Source: Owenia fusiformis (taxonomy: Eukaryota). Taken from it: 64,000 nucleotides of DNA. Positions 13,560 to 22,310 of the stretch are shown in pieces. Under the pieces are notes generated by a model. The model did not search any database, was not told where the DNA came from, and worked only from the letters and a program-made list of their open reading frames with translations. Position 1 is the stretch's first letter. Every line of letters begins with the position of its first letter. The position numbers were made by a program, and so were the translations under genes. The DNA lies in assembly GCA_903813345.2 (NCBI GenBank), contig CAIIXF020000001.1, positions 4,650,001-4,714,000 of the forward strand. The letters are read 5' to 3'.

Positions 13560-15068
13560 ATGAAGACTAAAACAAAATCACATAAACAAAGACAAGTTAT
13601 AGACAGGAAAAAGGTAAATTCTTTATTTTAGGTCCATCTTAAATGATTAATTGTAGATTAAGAGAAACTAAGCCGTTGTAACAATAACCGCAGACATGAT
13701 GTTTTGGATAATCCATCATTTCAAGTATATGTATACCTTATTGTATATCATTGACAAGATGCTATACAGATGCTCTTTCTAAATGCTCTCTTTTGATTCA
13801 ATTCTTTAAAACTTAATTTAGAAACGTGACAAGAGAAGTAATGACCTGAGTAATCCTACCTTGAATACAGATTCTACTTCTTCCACAAAACCAGACAATT
13901 CAGTGATAAAGGTATGTTTATGAATATCTTAGATTTCTTTTATTGTTTTTTATAAAGGTGAAAAATGTGTATTTCAACTATTCATACGTGATCTATATTA
14001 ATTTTAGAAACGTGACAAGAGAAGTAATGACCCGAGTTATCCTACCTTGAATACAGATTCTACTTCTTCCACAAAACCAGACAATTCAATGATAAAGGTA
14101 TGTTTATGAATATTTTAGATTTCATTTTTTTTTTACAAAGGTGAAAAATATGTATTTTAACCATTCATATATGATCTACAAACCTTCATAATATTACCTA
14201 ACATTTCAGGTTTGTTTAAACCAAGTCACCTTAGGCAGATTACAATTACTGATTCCCAATGAAAAACTAACATAGAAATCAAAAAACAACACCAGATGCT
14301 TTCACATTGAGGCATACCATTTATGTTATATTTAATTATATTTTAAAAAATTTTCCTTACCTCTAAACATCAAAAGATAAAGGTCTGACACTTTCCATTG
14401 AGTCACATACATCATTTTTCAAATACATTTTACTGAACCTTTTTTAATTTATGAGTACATAATTAAGTCATTGCCTATTATAGTATTTTTTTAAAAATTT
14501 ATGAGTACATAATTAAGTCATTGCCTATTAGTATTTTTAATGTTAGATGTGACCCATCGTTGCTTTTCAGAAAGATGAAGCTAGACCTCCTGTAGAAGCG
14601 AATCCATCCAAGTCTGATTCTATTTCCAATGCTAGTCTTTCTCAAGAAGCAACTCAATCAAAGTCCAGTCTTAAGGTTCCTAGCGAAGCTACTATATCTA
14701 AGTCTCACTTCACTACAAAGAAAGTTCCCTCCAATGAGGCTACTTTCGCCAAGTCTTATTCTGCAGTTAACTCACCAGGACCTCAATCAACATCTTGCCT
14801 CACTGTAGGTAATGTCATAGAAGCTGCCAAGACAATGTCTGATTGTTCAATTCTCTGTGATGACTGTGATGACAGTAGCAATCAAATGTTTGCGCATTTC
14901 CCCTTACAGATTAAGCAAGAATTTTTAAGACAGTCGAGATTAAAAAAATCTCAGCTTCAGTCATCAGCTTGTAAAAGAAATATTAGCAATGAGAAGAACA
15001 GAAAAATGGACAAATTAAGAAAAAGAATATGGAGGGAATCAGAACTGTTGAAGAAAAATGAGAATTGA
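13560..15068 (+). CDS. Predicted spliced 5' exons of the Helentron gene, ending at an in-frame TGA
   Basis: Phase-0 GT-AG exons 13560-13613 (MKTKTKSHKQRQVIDRKK), 13822-13911, its duplicate 14008-14097, and an exon from 14571 in frame with the 15078 ORF. TGA at 15066-15068. Confidence 0.55.
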
Positions 15069-15077
15069 GCACAAAAA

Positions 15078-18000
15078 ATGTCTAAAAGGGAAAAAAGAAA
15101 AGATGAGGAGTATAGAACAGTTGAGCGTCAAAATGAGAAGACATTGAAGAAAAAGAAGAGAGAAAATGAAGAGTATAGAACAAGTGAACGAGAAACTCAA
15201 AAGAAGATCATCAAAAAGAAGAGAAAAAATGAAGAGTATAGAACAAGTGAACGAGAAACTCAAAAGAAGTTTAACAAAAGAAAGAGAGAGAACGAAGAGT
15301 ATAGAACAATGGAGCGTCAAAATGAGAAGACATTCAAGAAAAAGAAGAGAGAAAATGAAGAGTATAGAACAAGTGAACGAGAAATTCAAAAGAAGATCAT
15401 CAAAAAGAAGAGAGAAAATGAAGAGTATAGAACAAGTGAGCGAGAAATTCAAAAGAAGATCATCAAAAAGAAGAGAGAAAATGAAGAGTATAGAACAATT
15501 GAGCGAGAAATTCAAAAGAAGATCATCAAAAAGAAGAGAGAAAATGAAGAGTATAGAACAAGTGAACGAGAAACTCAATTGAAGTTTAACAAAAGAAAGA
15601 GAAAGAACGAAGAGTATAGAACAATGGAGCGTCAAAATGAAAAGACATTCAAGAAAAAGAAGAGAGAAAATGAAGAGTATAGAACAAGTGAGCGAGAAAT
15701 TGAAAAGAAGATCATCAAAAAGAAGAGAGAAAATGAAGAGTATAGAACAAGTGAGCGAAAAATTCAAAAGAAGATCATCAAAAAGAAGAGAGAAAATGAA
15801 GAGTATAGAACAAGTGAACGAGAAACTCAAAAGAAGTTTAACAAAAGAAAGAGAGAGAACGAAGAGTATAGAACAATGGAGCGTCAAAATGAGAAGACAT
15901 TCAAGAAAAAGAAGAGAGAAAATGAAGAGTATAGAACAAGTGAACGAGAAACTCAAAAGAAGTTTAACAAAAGAAAGAGAGAGAATGAAGAGTATAGAAC
16001 AAAGGAGCGTCAAAATGAGAAAACGTTCAAGAAAAAGAAGAGAGAAAATGAAGAATATAGAACAGAACAACAACAGGCTCGAAAAAAACGTATGCAGGCT
16101 AAAGATATCCACCAGATCATCAAGGACTTTCAGAAAAAGATTTCTCATGGTCCTGAATATGTATGTTACAGTTGCAATCAACTTTTCTACCGACATTCGG
16201 TAGTAACAAATAGGACTGACTCTGAGAACAACTGGGTTTGTAATACATGTAATGCATATTTGAAGAAAGGTAAAATTCCACCGTGCTCCATCAATAATGG
16301 GATGGGATTTCCCCATGTTCCTGAACCTGTCAAAGATTTAACACCTCTTGAGTGGAGACTTCTGTCACCTAGGCTGGCTTTTATGAAACTGCGAGCAGGA
16401 CCAAGTGGTGGCCAAAAAAAGTTGTTAGGTAATGTTGTTAATATTCCCTGTGATGTGGCAGACACCGTAGCTTCTCTTCCAAGATTACATACTGATACAC
16501 AAACAATACATTTGAGGTTGAAAAGGAACCTTAAATATAAAAGTTTCGTTAGCTCTGAAAATGTAAGACCAGAAAAAGTAAGACATTGTGCATCTATCCT
16601 GACAAAAGCACCTCTATATAATTCTCTTGGTGTCAAGGTAGATGCTGCATGGTCATACCAAGACCCTCACGATGAATCTGCTGCGAATGAAACAGATGAA
16701 AATGAAACTGAAATAAGGTCATCTAAACATATCATAAGCAGCAGTGATCAAAATAAAACTGATATAAGTGGCTCCTCTGAAATTATTCCAAGTGACAATG
16801 ATCCAAACAACAACCTTCAAAAGGAAAACACTGATGAAGATGTTTGGGAGGAAGAATGTACTAACACAAGTCAAGGGTCAGAAGACACAATGTTGACAGC
16901 ACCTGACTTCATAGAACCAACTGAAAGAGATTATGTGTACAACATAGCACCTGGCCAGCATAGTACTCCTGTAAGCATATTTCAGGACATTTATTCTGAG
17001 GAACTAGCATTTCCTGATATATTTATTGGAAATGCTAGACCTTCAGAAAGGAAGGTCAACGTTCATTATAGTGACATAGTGAAATCAGAGCTTCGTAATG
17101 TTGACAGAAGAGCTGCCAGCAATGTTGAAAATATATTTTTCAAGGTAAAGAAACTCCAAATGAAGCAGTTGATTGACAAAACTAATATTGCAGTCAGGAA
17201 ATTCAAGAAAGGAACCATCACAGCTGGAAGGGCAAAAGATCCAGAACAAATGAAAAATTTTGTAAGTCAAGATAAAGGCTACAAAGTGCTCTCAACAATA
17301 CGAGGCTCTCCACCATACTTTCAAAAAGCACATAAGGATTTGTTAGCTATGCTACGATATCTTGGGCCACCAACCTTATTTGTCACACTCTCTGCTGCAG
17401 AAACACGTTGGAACCATCTTCTGAAAATTCTGAAGAAAACTGTTGACAAAGAAGATGTGTCTGATGAATACATTGACAACCTAACTTGGAATGAGAAGTG
17501 CCGTTTGATTCAGAGTGACCCGGTCACTTGTTCTCGACACTTTGATTATCAATTTACAGTACTCATCAATGATGTACTAAAATCTAGTGCATGTCCTCTT
17601 GGAGTCCTTTCTGACTACTTTTGGCGAAATGAATTCCAGCAACGTGGATCAGTCCATAGTCATGGTTTAATGTGGTTCAGAGATGCCCCAAAGCTGCCAC
17701 TGAACCCTGTTGCTGAAGACATTGCTGAAATTTTACAATATGTAGATGCCAACATAACATGTAGTATGCCCAGCGAGGAAGAGGACCATGAGCTTGCAGA
17801 TTTGGTTAAACTCCAGTTGCATCGCCACTCACACACATGCAGAAAAGGTGGTAGAGCTGAATGTCGTTTTGGATATCCCCTTCCTCCAATGCGCACAATT
17901 CAGCTATTAGAACCACTAGATGAAGATGAACCTGATTTGGAAAAACACAAAACAAACTGGAAGTCAATTCATAAAATATTAGTGGACATGAAATATGGAG

Positions 18001-21000
18001 AAGATATCAGTTTTGATGAATTTCTCAAGAAGATTGATATGACTGAGACAAACTACATCCTCGCTGTTAGGTCAAACTTAAAGAGAAAAGACATATTTCT
18101 GAAACGGTCCCCTAATGAAATTCGAATAAATGCATACATTCCATTCCTAACTAAATTGTGGAGAGCAAATTCGGATGCTAAGTTTTGCCTTGACCCTTAC
18201 GCGATAGCTATGTACATATCATCTTATATCCTCAAAGACCAAAAAGGCATGAGTGAAATACTGAAATCCTGCTGCGATGAGATAATTCAGGGTTCTAAGT
18301 CCTTGAAAGAGCAGTTGAGAATAATTGGAAGTAAATTTGTGAACACAGTAGAAATATGTGCACAAGAAGCTTGTTACTTAGCACTACAATTACCTTTGAA
18401 AAGAGCATCCAGACAAGTGAAATTTGTGAATACAAGTGAATCTGAAAAGAGAGTTGTTCTTCTTAAACCTACACACATGTTAGAGAAGATGGAAGATGAT
18501 GATGAAGATGTTAACATTAAAGATCAAGTTACAAAGTACACTGAACGTCCAAAGTCCCTTGAGCACACTTCTTTCGCAGAGTTCAATGCTTACTATGACA
18601 TCAGATCATCAATGAAAATGGAAGAGAAAAATGATGATGAACCTGATTTGGATGACAATGTAGCAGATGCTGTCACTAAAGATGTTCTAAGGAGAAAAAC
18701 TCCATACATATTGAGAACAGTGCATTTTAACAGAGACAATGACCCAGAGAATCACTTTAGAGAGATGATAATGTTATATACAGCTTGGAGAAATGAAGCT
18801 TCTTTAATTGGGCATTGTAAGACATTTCAAGAAAGATTTGATCAGGTCAAAGAATCTGTTCTCTTGGAAAAAGCAAAATTTGAACCATATACAGACTTGC
18901 TTGATGAAGCCATTGATGCTGCACAAAATGATAATATTCAAACTGAATATAATGATTTTTCCCCATCTACTCAAGCAGAGAGTTTGAATGATGCTCAAAA
19001 AGAAAAAGAAATCCTTGAAAAACTTCAGGATGATATCCCTCAATTTGAATATAATTTCACAGATGCTCCTAACATCGAAGAACAACTGAAACTCTCAAAG
19101 GAGATGCAAGATGAAGATTATAGAATGCTAATGCGTTCATTGACACAAAGACAGATGGAATACCTGAATGAAATCGTCAACCATATCAAGACAACTGACG
19201 AACCAATCTACAGATTCCTTAGTGGAGGAGCGGGAGTTGGGAAAACCTTGGTCACTAAAGCAGTTTTTCAAACTCTTCTGAAATTTTTCAACAAGAGATT
19301 GACTCAAAACCCTGAATCATTGTATGTTTTACTCGCAGCACCAACTGGAAAAGCAGCATTCCTGATTGAGGGTAACACACTCCATACTGCTTTTAAAATT
19401 CCTATCAATCAACAGGGATATATAAACCTTACGAATGACCAGAGAAATACTTTACAGGTAAAGTTACAGGATCTGAAACTAGTGATTATTGATGAAATAT
19501 CAATGGTTGGAACTAATCTGTTTCATTACGTCCAAACAAGACTTCAGGAAATAACAGGTAGTTCTAAAGATTTTGGTGGTGTATCGGTACTCACTGTTGG
19601 AGATTTTGGTCAGTTGCAACCAGTTTTCGATAAATACATATTTGAATCAGCAAAAAGTGGATATGCAGTTCTTGCAAAGAACTATTGGGAAAAATTCAAA
19701 CTGATGGAACTGACAGAAGTCATTCGCCAACAAGATACAAAGTTTGCTGAATCACTTAATCGCTTAAGAGTGGGACAGCATACCAAAGATGATATAAATC
19801 TGTTCAAAACTAGACTTGTTACAAACGATGCTGAATGTCCTACAGATGTTCCATATCTTTTTCTTTCAAATGCAAAGGTTGACTCACACAATGAGAAAGT
19901 TTTCCTCCAGTCAAAAGGAGAGAAGTGTCAGTTTCTTGCCAAAGACAGTATTGTTGGTGCTATATCACCTGAAATTAAAGACAGAATCTTGAACTCTATT
20001 CCAAATGACCCCAAGAAAACAATGCAACTTGCAACCAATCTTCAGGTAGCCACTGGGCTGCAGTATGACATATCTGTCAATATCGATGTGGAAGATGGAT
20101 TGACTAATGGGACTACTTGTGAACTTAAAAGCTTTATTCACAACAAGACAACAGGCACAGGAATATGCTGGGTCAAATTCAATGACTCAAAAGTGGGCAG
20201 AAATGCCAGAAACAACAACAAGGGGTTAAAGGGCCAGCCAACAGAGAGTGGTTGCACTCCTATTCTACCAGTCAGTCGGCAGTTTAGAGTTGGGAAGTAT
20301 AAGTCCTGCAGTGTCATGCGTAAACAAATTCCCCTTAGACCAGCATCAGCAAAAACTGTATGGCGTTCACAAGGGGACACGATGGATCGAGCTGTGATAG
20401 ACCTAAGTGGAAAAACAACACCACATGTTTATTATGTTGCTCTCAGCAGAGTGAGATCTTTAGAGAACTTATATCTCATAAATTTTGATGAGAAAAAAAT
20501 CAAAGTTAGTGAAGATGTATTACAGGAAATGTCCAGATTAAGAGGTGAAACTGAACTGACATACAAAGGCATTCTTTCTCAAAACTCCAACATGATAATC
20601 ACATATCTGAATGTACAGAGCCTACATGCACATATAAGTGATGTTCGAGCACATACAGCATTATTATCTTCGCATGTGCTTCTTTTAAGCGAGACTCGCT
20701 TACTCCCAACGGACACTGACATTGGCATTGCAGAATATAGTGAATTTCATAACATGGCATTTTCCCAAAGTGACAAAAATCGCCCATATTATGGGACAAG
20801 CATATATCACAAAACCAATAATGATACACACAGTGTTTCATCAAACAACATGAATGGCATAGAGGTTACTATCATCACAGTTATCCACAGTGGCAGCCTT
20901 ATTGGTGTTTGCGGAGTGTACAAACCACCTAAATGTAGTGTTCATTTGTTAACATCTGCTATGGAAAATGCACTAAACAGAAGCAAGCAAATCAAGAACT

Positions 21001-21230
21001 GGATCATCTTGGGTGATATGAATACAAACATTAATGAAACAGGTTACCACATGCTACTGGAAGCTATGGAGAGGATTGGCTTTAAACACTGTCAAACATC
21101 TTGCACCACTGATGGAAGAACAACAATTGACCATATTTTCACAAAACTGCCACTATCTCTAGAATTTGTTGTAGGGACAGAGGAGGTATATTATTCATAT
21201 CACAAAGCAATATGGTTGTCATTCAAATGA
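15078..21230 (+). CDS. Helentron Rep-helicase-endonuclease protein (2050 aa)
   Basis: Zn finger CYSC..CNTC. HUH Rep motifs GPPTLFVTLS, EFQQRGSVHSHGLMW, YISSYILK. PIF1 helicase motifs GGAGVGKT, IIDEISMV, GDFGQLQPV, RSQG, YVALSRV. C-terminal EEP/APE-like domain LNVQSL, LSETRL, VYKPP, GDMN, IDHIF, YSYH. Confidence 0.95.
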   Translation: MSKREKRKDEEYRTVERQNEKTLKKKKRENEEYRTSERETQKKIIKKKRKNEEYRTSERETQKKFNKRKRENEEYRTMERQNEKTFKKKKRENEEYRTSEREIQKKIIKKKRENEEYRTSEREIQKKIIKKKRENEEYRTIEREIQKKIIKKKRENEEYRTSERETQLKFNKRKRKNEEYRTMERQNEKTFKKKKRENEEYRTSEREIEKKIIKKKRENEEYRTSERKIQKKIIKKKRENEEYRTSERETQKKFNKRKRENEEYRTMERQNEKTFKKKKRENEEYRTSERETQKKFNKRKRENEEYRTKERQNEKTFKKKKRENEEYRTEQQQARKKRMQAKDIHQIIKDFQKKISHGPEYVCYSCNQLFYRHSVVTNRTDSENNWVCNTCNAYLKKGKIPPCSINNGMGFPHVPEPVKDLTPLEWRLLSPRLAFMKLRAGPSGGQKKLLGNVVNIPCDVADTVASLPRLHTDTQTIHLRLKRNLKYKSFVSSENVRPEKVRHCASILTKAPLYNSLGVKVDAAWSYQDPHDESAANETDENETEIRSSKHIISSSDQNKTDISGSSEIIPSDNDPNNNLQKENTDEDVWEEECTNTSQGSEDTMLTAPDFIEPTERDYVYNIAPGQHSTPVSIFQDIYSEELAFPDIFIGNARPSERKVNVHYSDIVKSELRNVDRRAASNVENIFFKVKKLQMKQLIDKTNIAVRKFKKGTITAGRAKDPEQMKNFVSQDKGYKVLSTIRGSPPYFQKAHKDLLAMLRYLGPPTLFVTLSAAETRWNHLLKILKKTVDKEDVSDEYIDNLTWNEKCRLIQSDPVTCSRHFDYQFTVLINDVLKSSACPLGVLSDYFWRNEFQQRGSVHSHGLMWFRDAPKLPLNPVAEDIAEILQYVDANITCSMPSEEEDHELADLVKLQLHRHSHTCRKGGRAECRFGYPLPPMRTIQLLEPLDEDEPDLEKHKTNWKSIHKILVDMKYGEDISFDEFLKKIDMTETNYILAVRSNLKRKDIFLKRSPNEIRINAYIPFLTKLWRANSDAKFCLDPYAIAMYISSYILKDQKGMSEILKSCCDEIIQGSKSLKEQLRIIGSKFVNTVEICAQEACYLALQLPLKRASRQVKFVNTSESEKRVVLLKPTHMLEKMEDDDEDVNIKDQVTKYTERPKSLEHTSFAEFNAYYDIRSSMKMEEKNDDEPDLDDNVADAVTKDVLRRKTPYILRTVHFNRDNDPENHFREMIMLYTAWRNEASLIGHCKTFQERFDQVKESVLLEKAKFEPYTDLLDEAIDAAQNDNIQTEYNDFSPSTQAESLNDAQKEKEILEKLQDDIPQFEYNFTDAPNIEEQLKLSKEMQDEDYRMLMRSLTQRQMEYLNEIVNHIKTTDEPIYRFLSGGAGVGKTLVTKAVFQTLLKFFNKRLTQNPESLYVLLAAPTGKAAFLIEGNTLHTAFKIPINQQGYINLTNDQRNTLQVKLQDLKLVIIDEISMVGTNLFHYVQTRLQEITGSSKDFGGVSVLTVGDFGQLQPVFDKYIFESAKSGYAVLAKNYWEKFKLMELTEVIRQQDTKFAESLNRLRVGQHTKDDINLFKTRLVTNDAECPTDVPYLFLSNAKVDSHNEKVFLQSKGEKCQFLAKDSIVGAISPEIKDRILNSIPNDPKKTMQLATNLQVATGLQYDISVNIDVEDGLTNGTTCELKSFIHNKTTGTGICWVKFNDSKVGRNARNNNKGLKGQPTESGCTPILPVSRQFRVGKYKSCSVMRKQIPLRPASAKTVWRSQGDTMDRAVIDLSGKTTPHVYYVALSRVRSLENLYLINFDEKKIKVSEDVLQEMSRLRGETELTYKGILSQNSNMIITYLNVQSLHAHISDVRAHTALLSSHVLLLSETRLLPTDTDIGIAEYSEFHNMAFSQSDKNRPYYGTSIYHKTNNDTHSVSSNNMNGIEVTIITVIHSGSLIGVCGVYKPPKCSVHLLTSAMENALNRSKQIKNWIILGDMNTNINETGYHMLLEAMERIGFKHCQTSCTTDGRTTIDHIFTKLPLSLEFVVGTEEVYYSYHKAIWLSFK
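15100..16065 (+). repeat. 63-bp coding minisatellite (15 full 21-aa K/R/E-rich units)
   Basis: GAGTATAGAAC recurs every 63 nt from 15108; protein unit such as SERETQKKIIKKKRENEEYRT. Confidence 0.95.
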
Positions 21231-21785
21231 TTTATTAAACTGGAGGAGCTATCAGTTTTTACTGCTTGGACTTACATTTTACCTGTCCAAAAATGCTGGA
21301 AATGCATTGAAATTTCTTATGATTGCTTCAAATCATGAATACTGCAACTGATACAAATTTCTTTACATGTAGATGTCAAGATAATGTACAACAGTACATG
21401 TTACAATCAATGTATTGGAATGCAGTTTCCAAGTTTACATGACTATGAAGCACTTGATGAAGAATGTCAGGACATTATAATGCTTCATGGATCAGATTGT
21501 TTATATATGTCACTACTTGAACCAAACAGGTTCTGGTACATCTGGAAATCTCATCCAGTATGGAGCATGATGGTGAAAGAATGTCAAGATAATTTAATGC
21601 ACATTTGTGCATATTACAATCAAAGTCCTAAAATGCAGTTTCCAAGTTTGCATGACTATGAGTATGAGGAGTTCTTGGTAATGAATATCAAGACATTATA
21701 AAGTTACAATATATGGTAGCAAATTTGTGAACAATACAGGAATATGTGAGAAAAAGCTTATCTTGCATTGGATTTAAAAAAGATC

Positions 21786-22310
21786 ATCCAGACAAGAGCT
21801 GTTCTTCTTAAACCTACAGTGGCTACATGTTGTACAAGATGGTCACAGAGAACACTGAATATCCAGAATTACTTGATCACACATCCTTTGCAGAGTTCAA
21901 TGCTTACTATGACATCAGTTCATCAATGAAGATGAAAGAGAAAAATGATGTTGAACCTCATTTGGATGACAATACAGCAGATGCTGTCACAAAAGATGTT
22001 GACTAAAGACTAAGAACAGTTCATTTTAACAAAGACAGTGGCCCAGAGAATCACAAAAGGGAGATGATAACTTTATATACAGCATGGAGAAATGAAGCTT
22101 CTTTAATTGGGCAGTGTAAGACATTTCAAGAAAGATTTGATCAGGTCAAAGAATCTGTTCTCTTCGAAAAAGCAAAATTTGAACTATATACAGACTTGCT
22201 TGATGAAGCCCTCGATGCTACACAAAATGATAATATTTAAATGATGATTTTTCTAGATCTTCTCAAACAGAGACTTTGAATGATGCTCAACAAGAAAAAC
22301 AAACAATTGA
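21786..22310 (+). pseudogene. Decayed internal duplicate of part of the Helentron ORF (~18406-19020)
   Basis: Near-identical blocks such as GCAGAGTTCAATGCTTACTATGACATCAG and GATTTGATCAGGTCAAAGAATCTGTTCTC, with deletions and stops. Confidence 0.85.

Noticed and set aside
15100-16065. Regular repeats resembling a CRISPR array (also 62821-63420)
   Set aside because: There are no unique spacers and no cas genes, and the context is eukaryotic; these are minisatellites.
15039-16316. 425-aa hydrophobic minus-strand ORF, and the alternative-frame ORFs 15166-15582 and 15637-16203
   Set aside because: These are shadows of the 63-bp purine-rich coding repeat; the apparent membrane-protein composition is a by-product.
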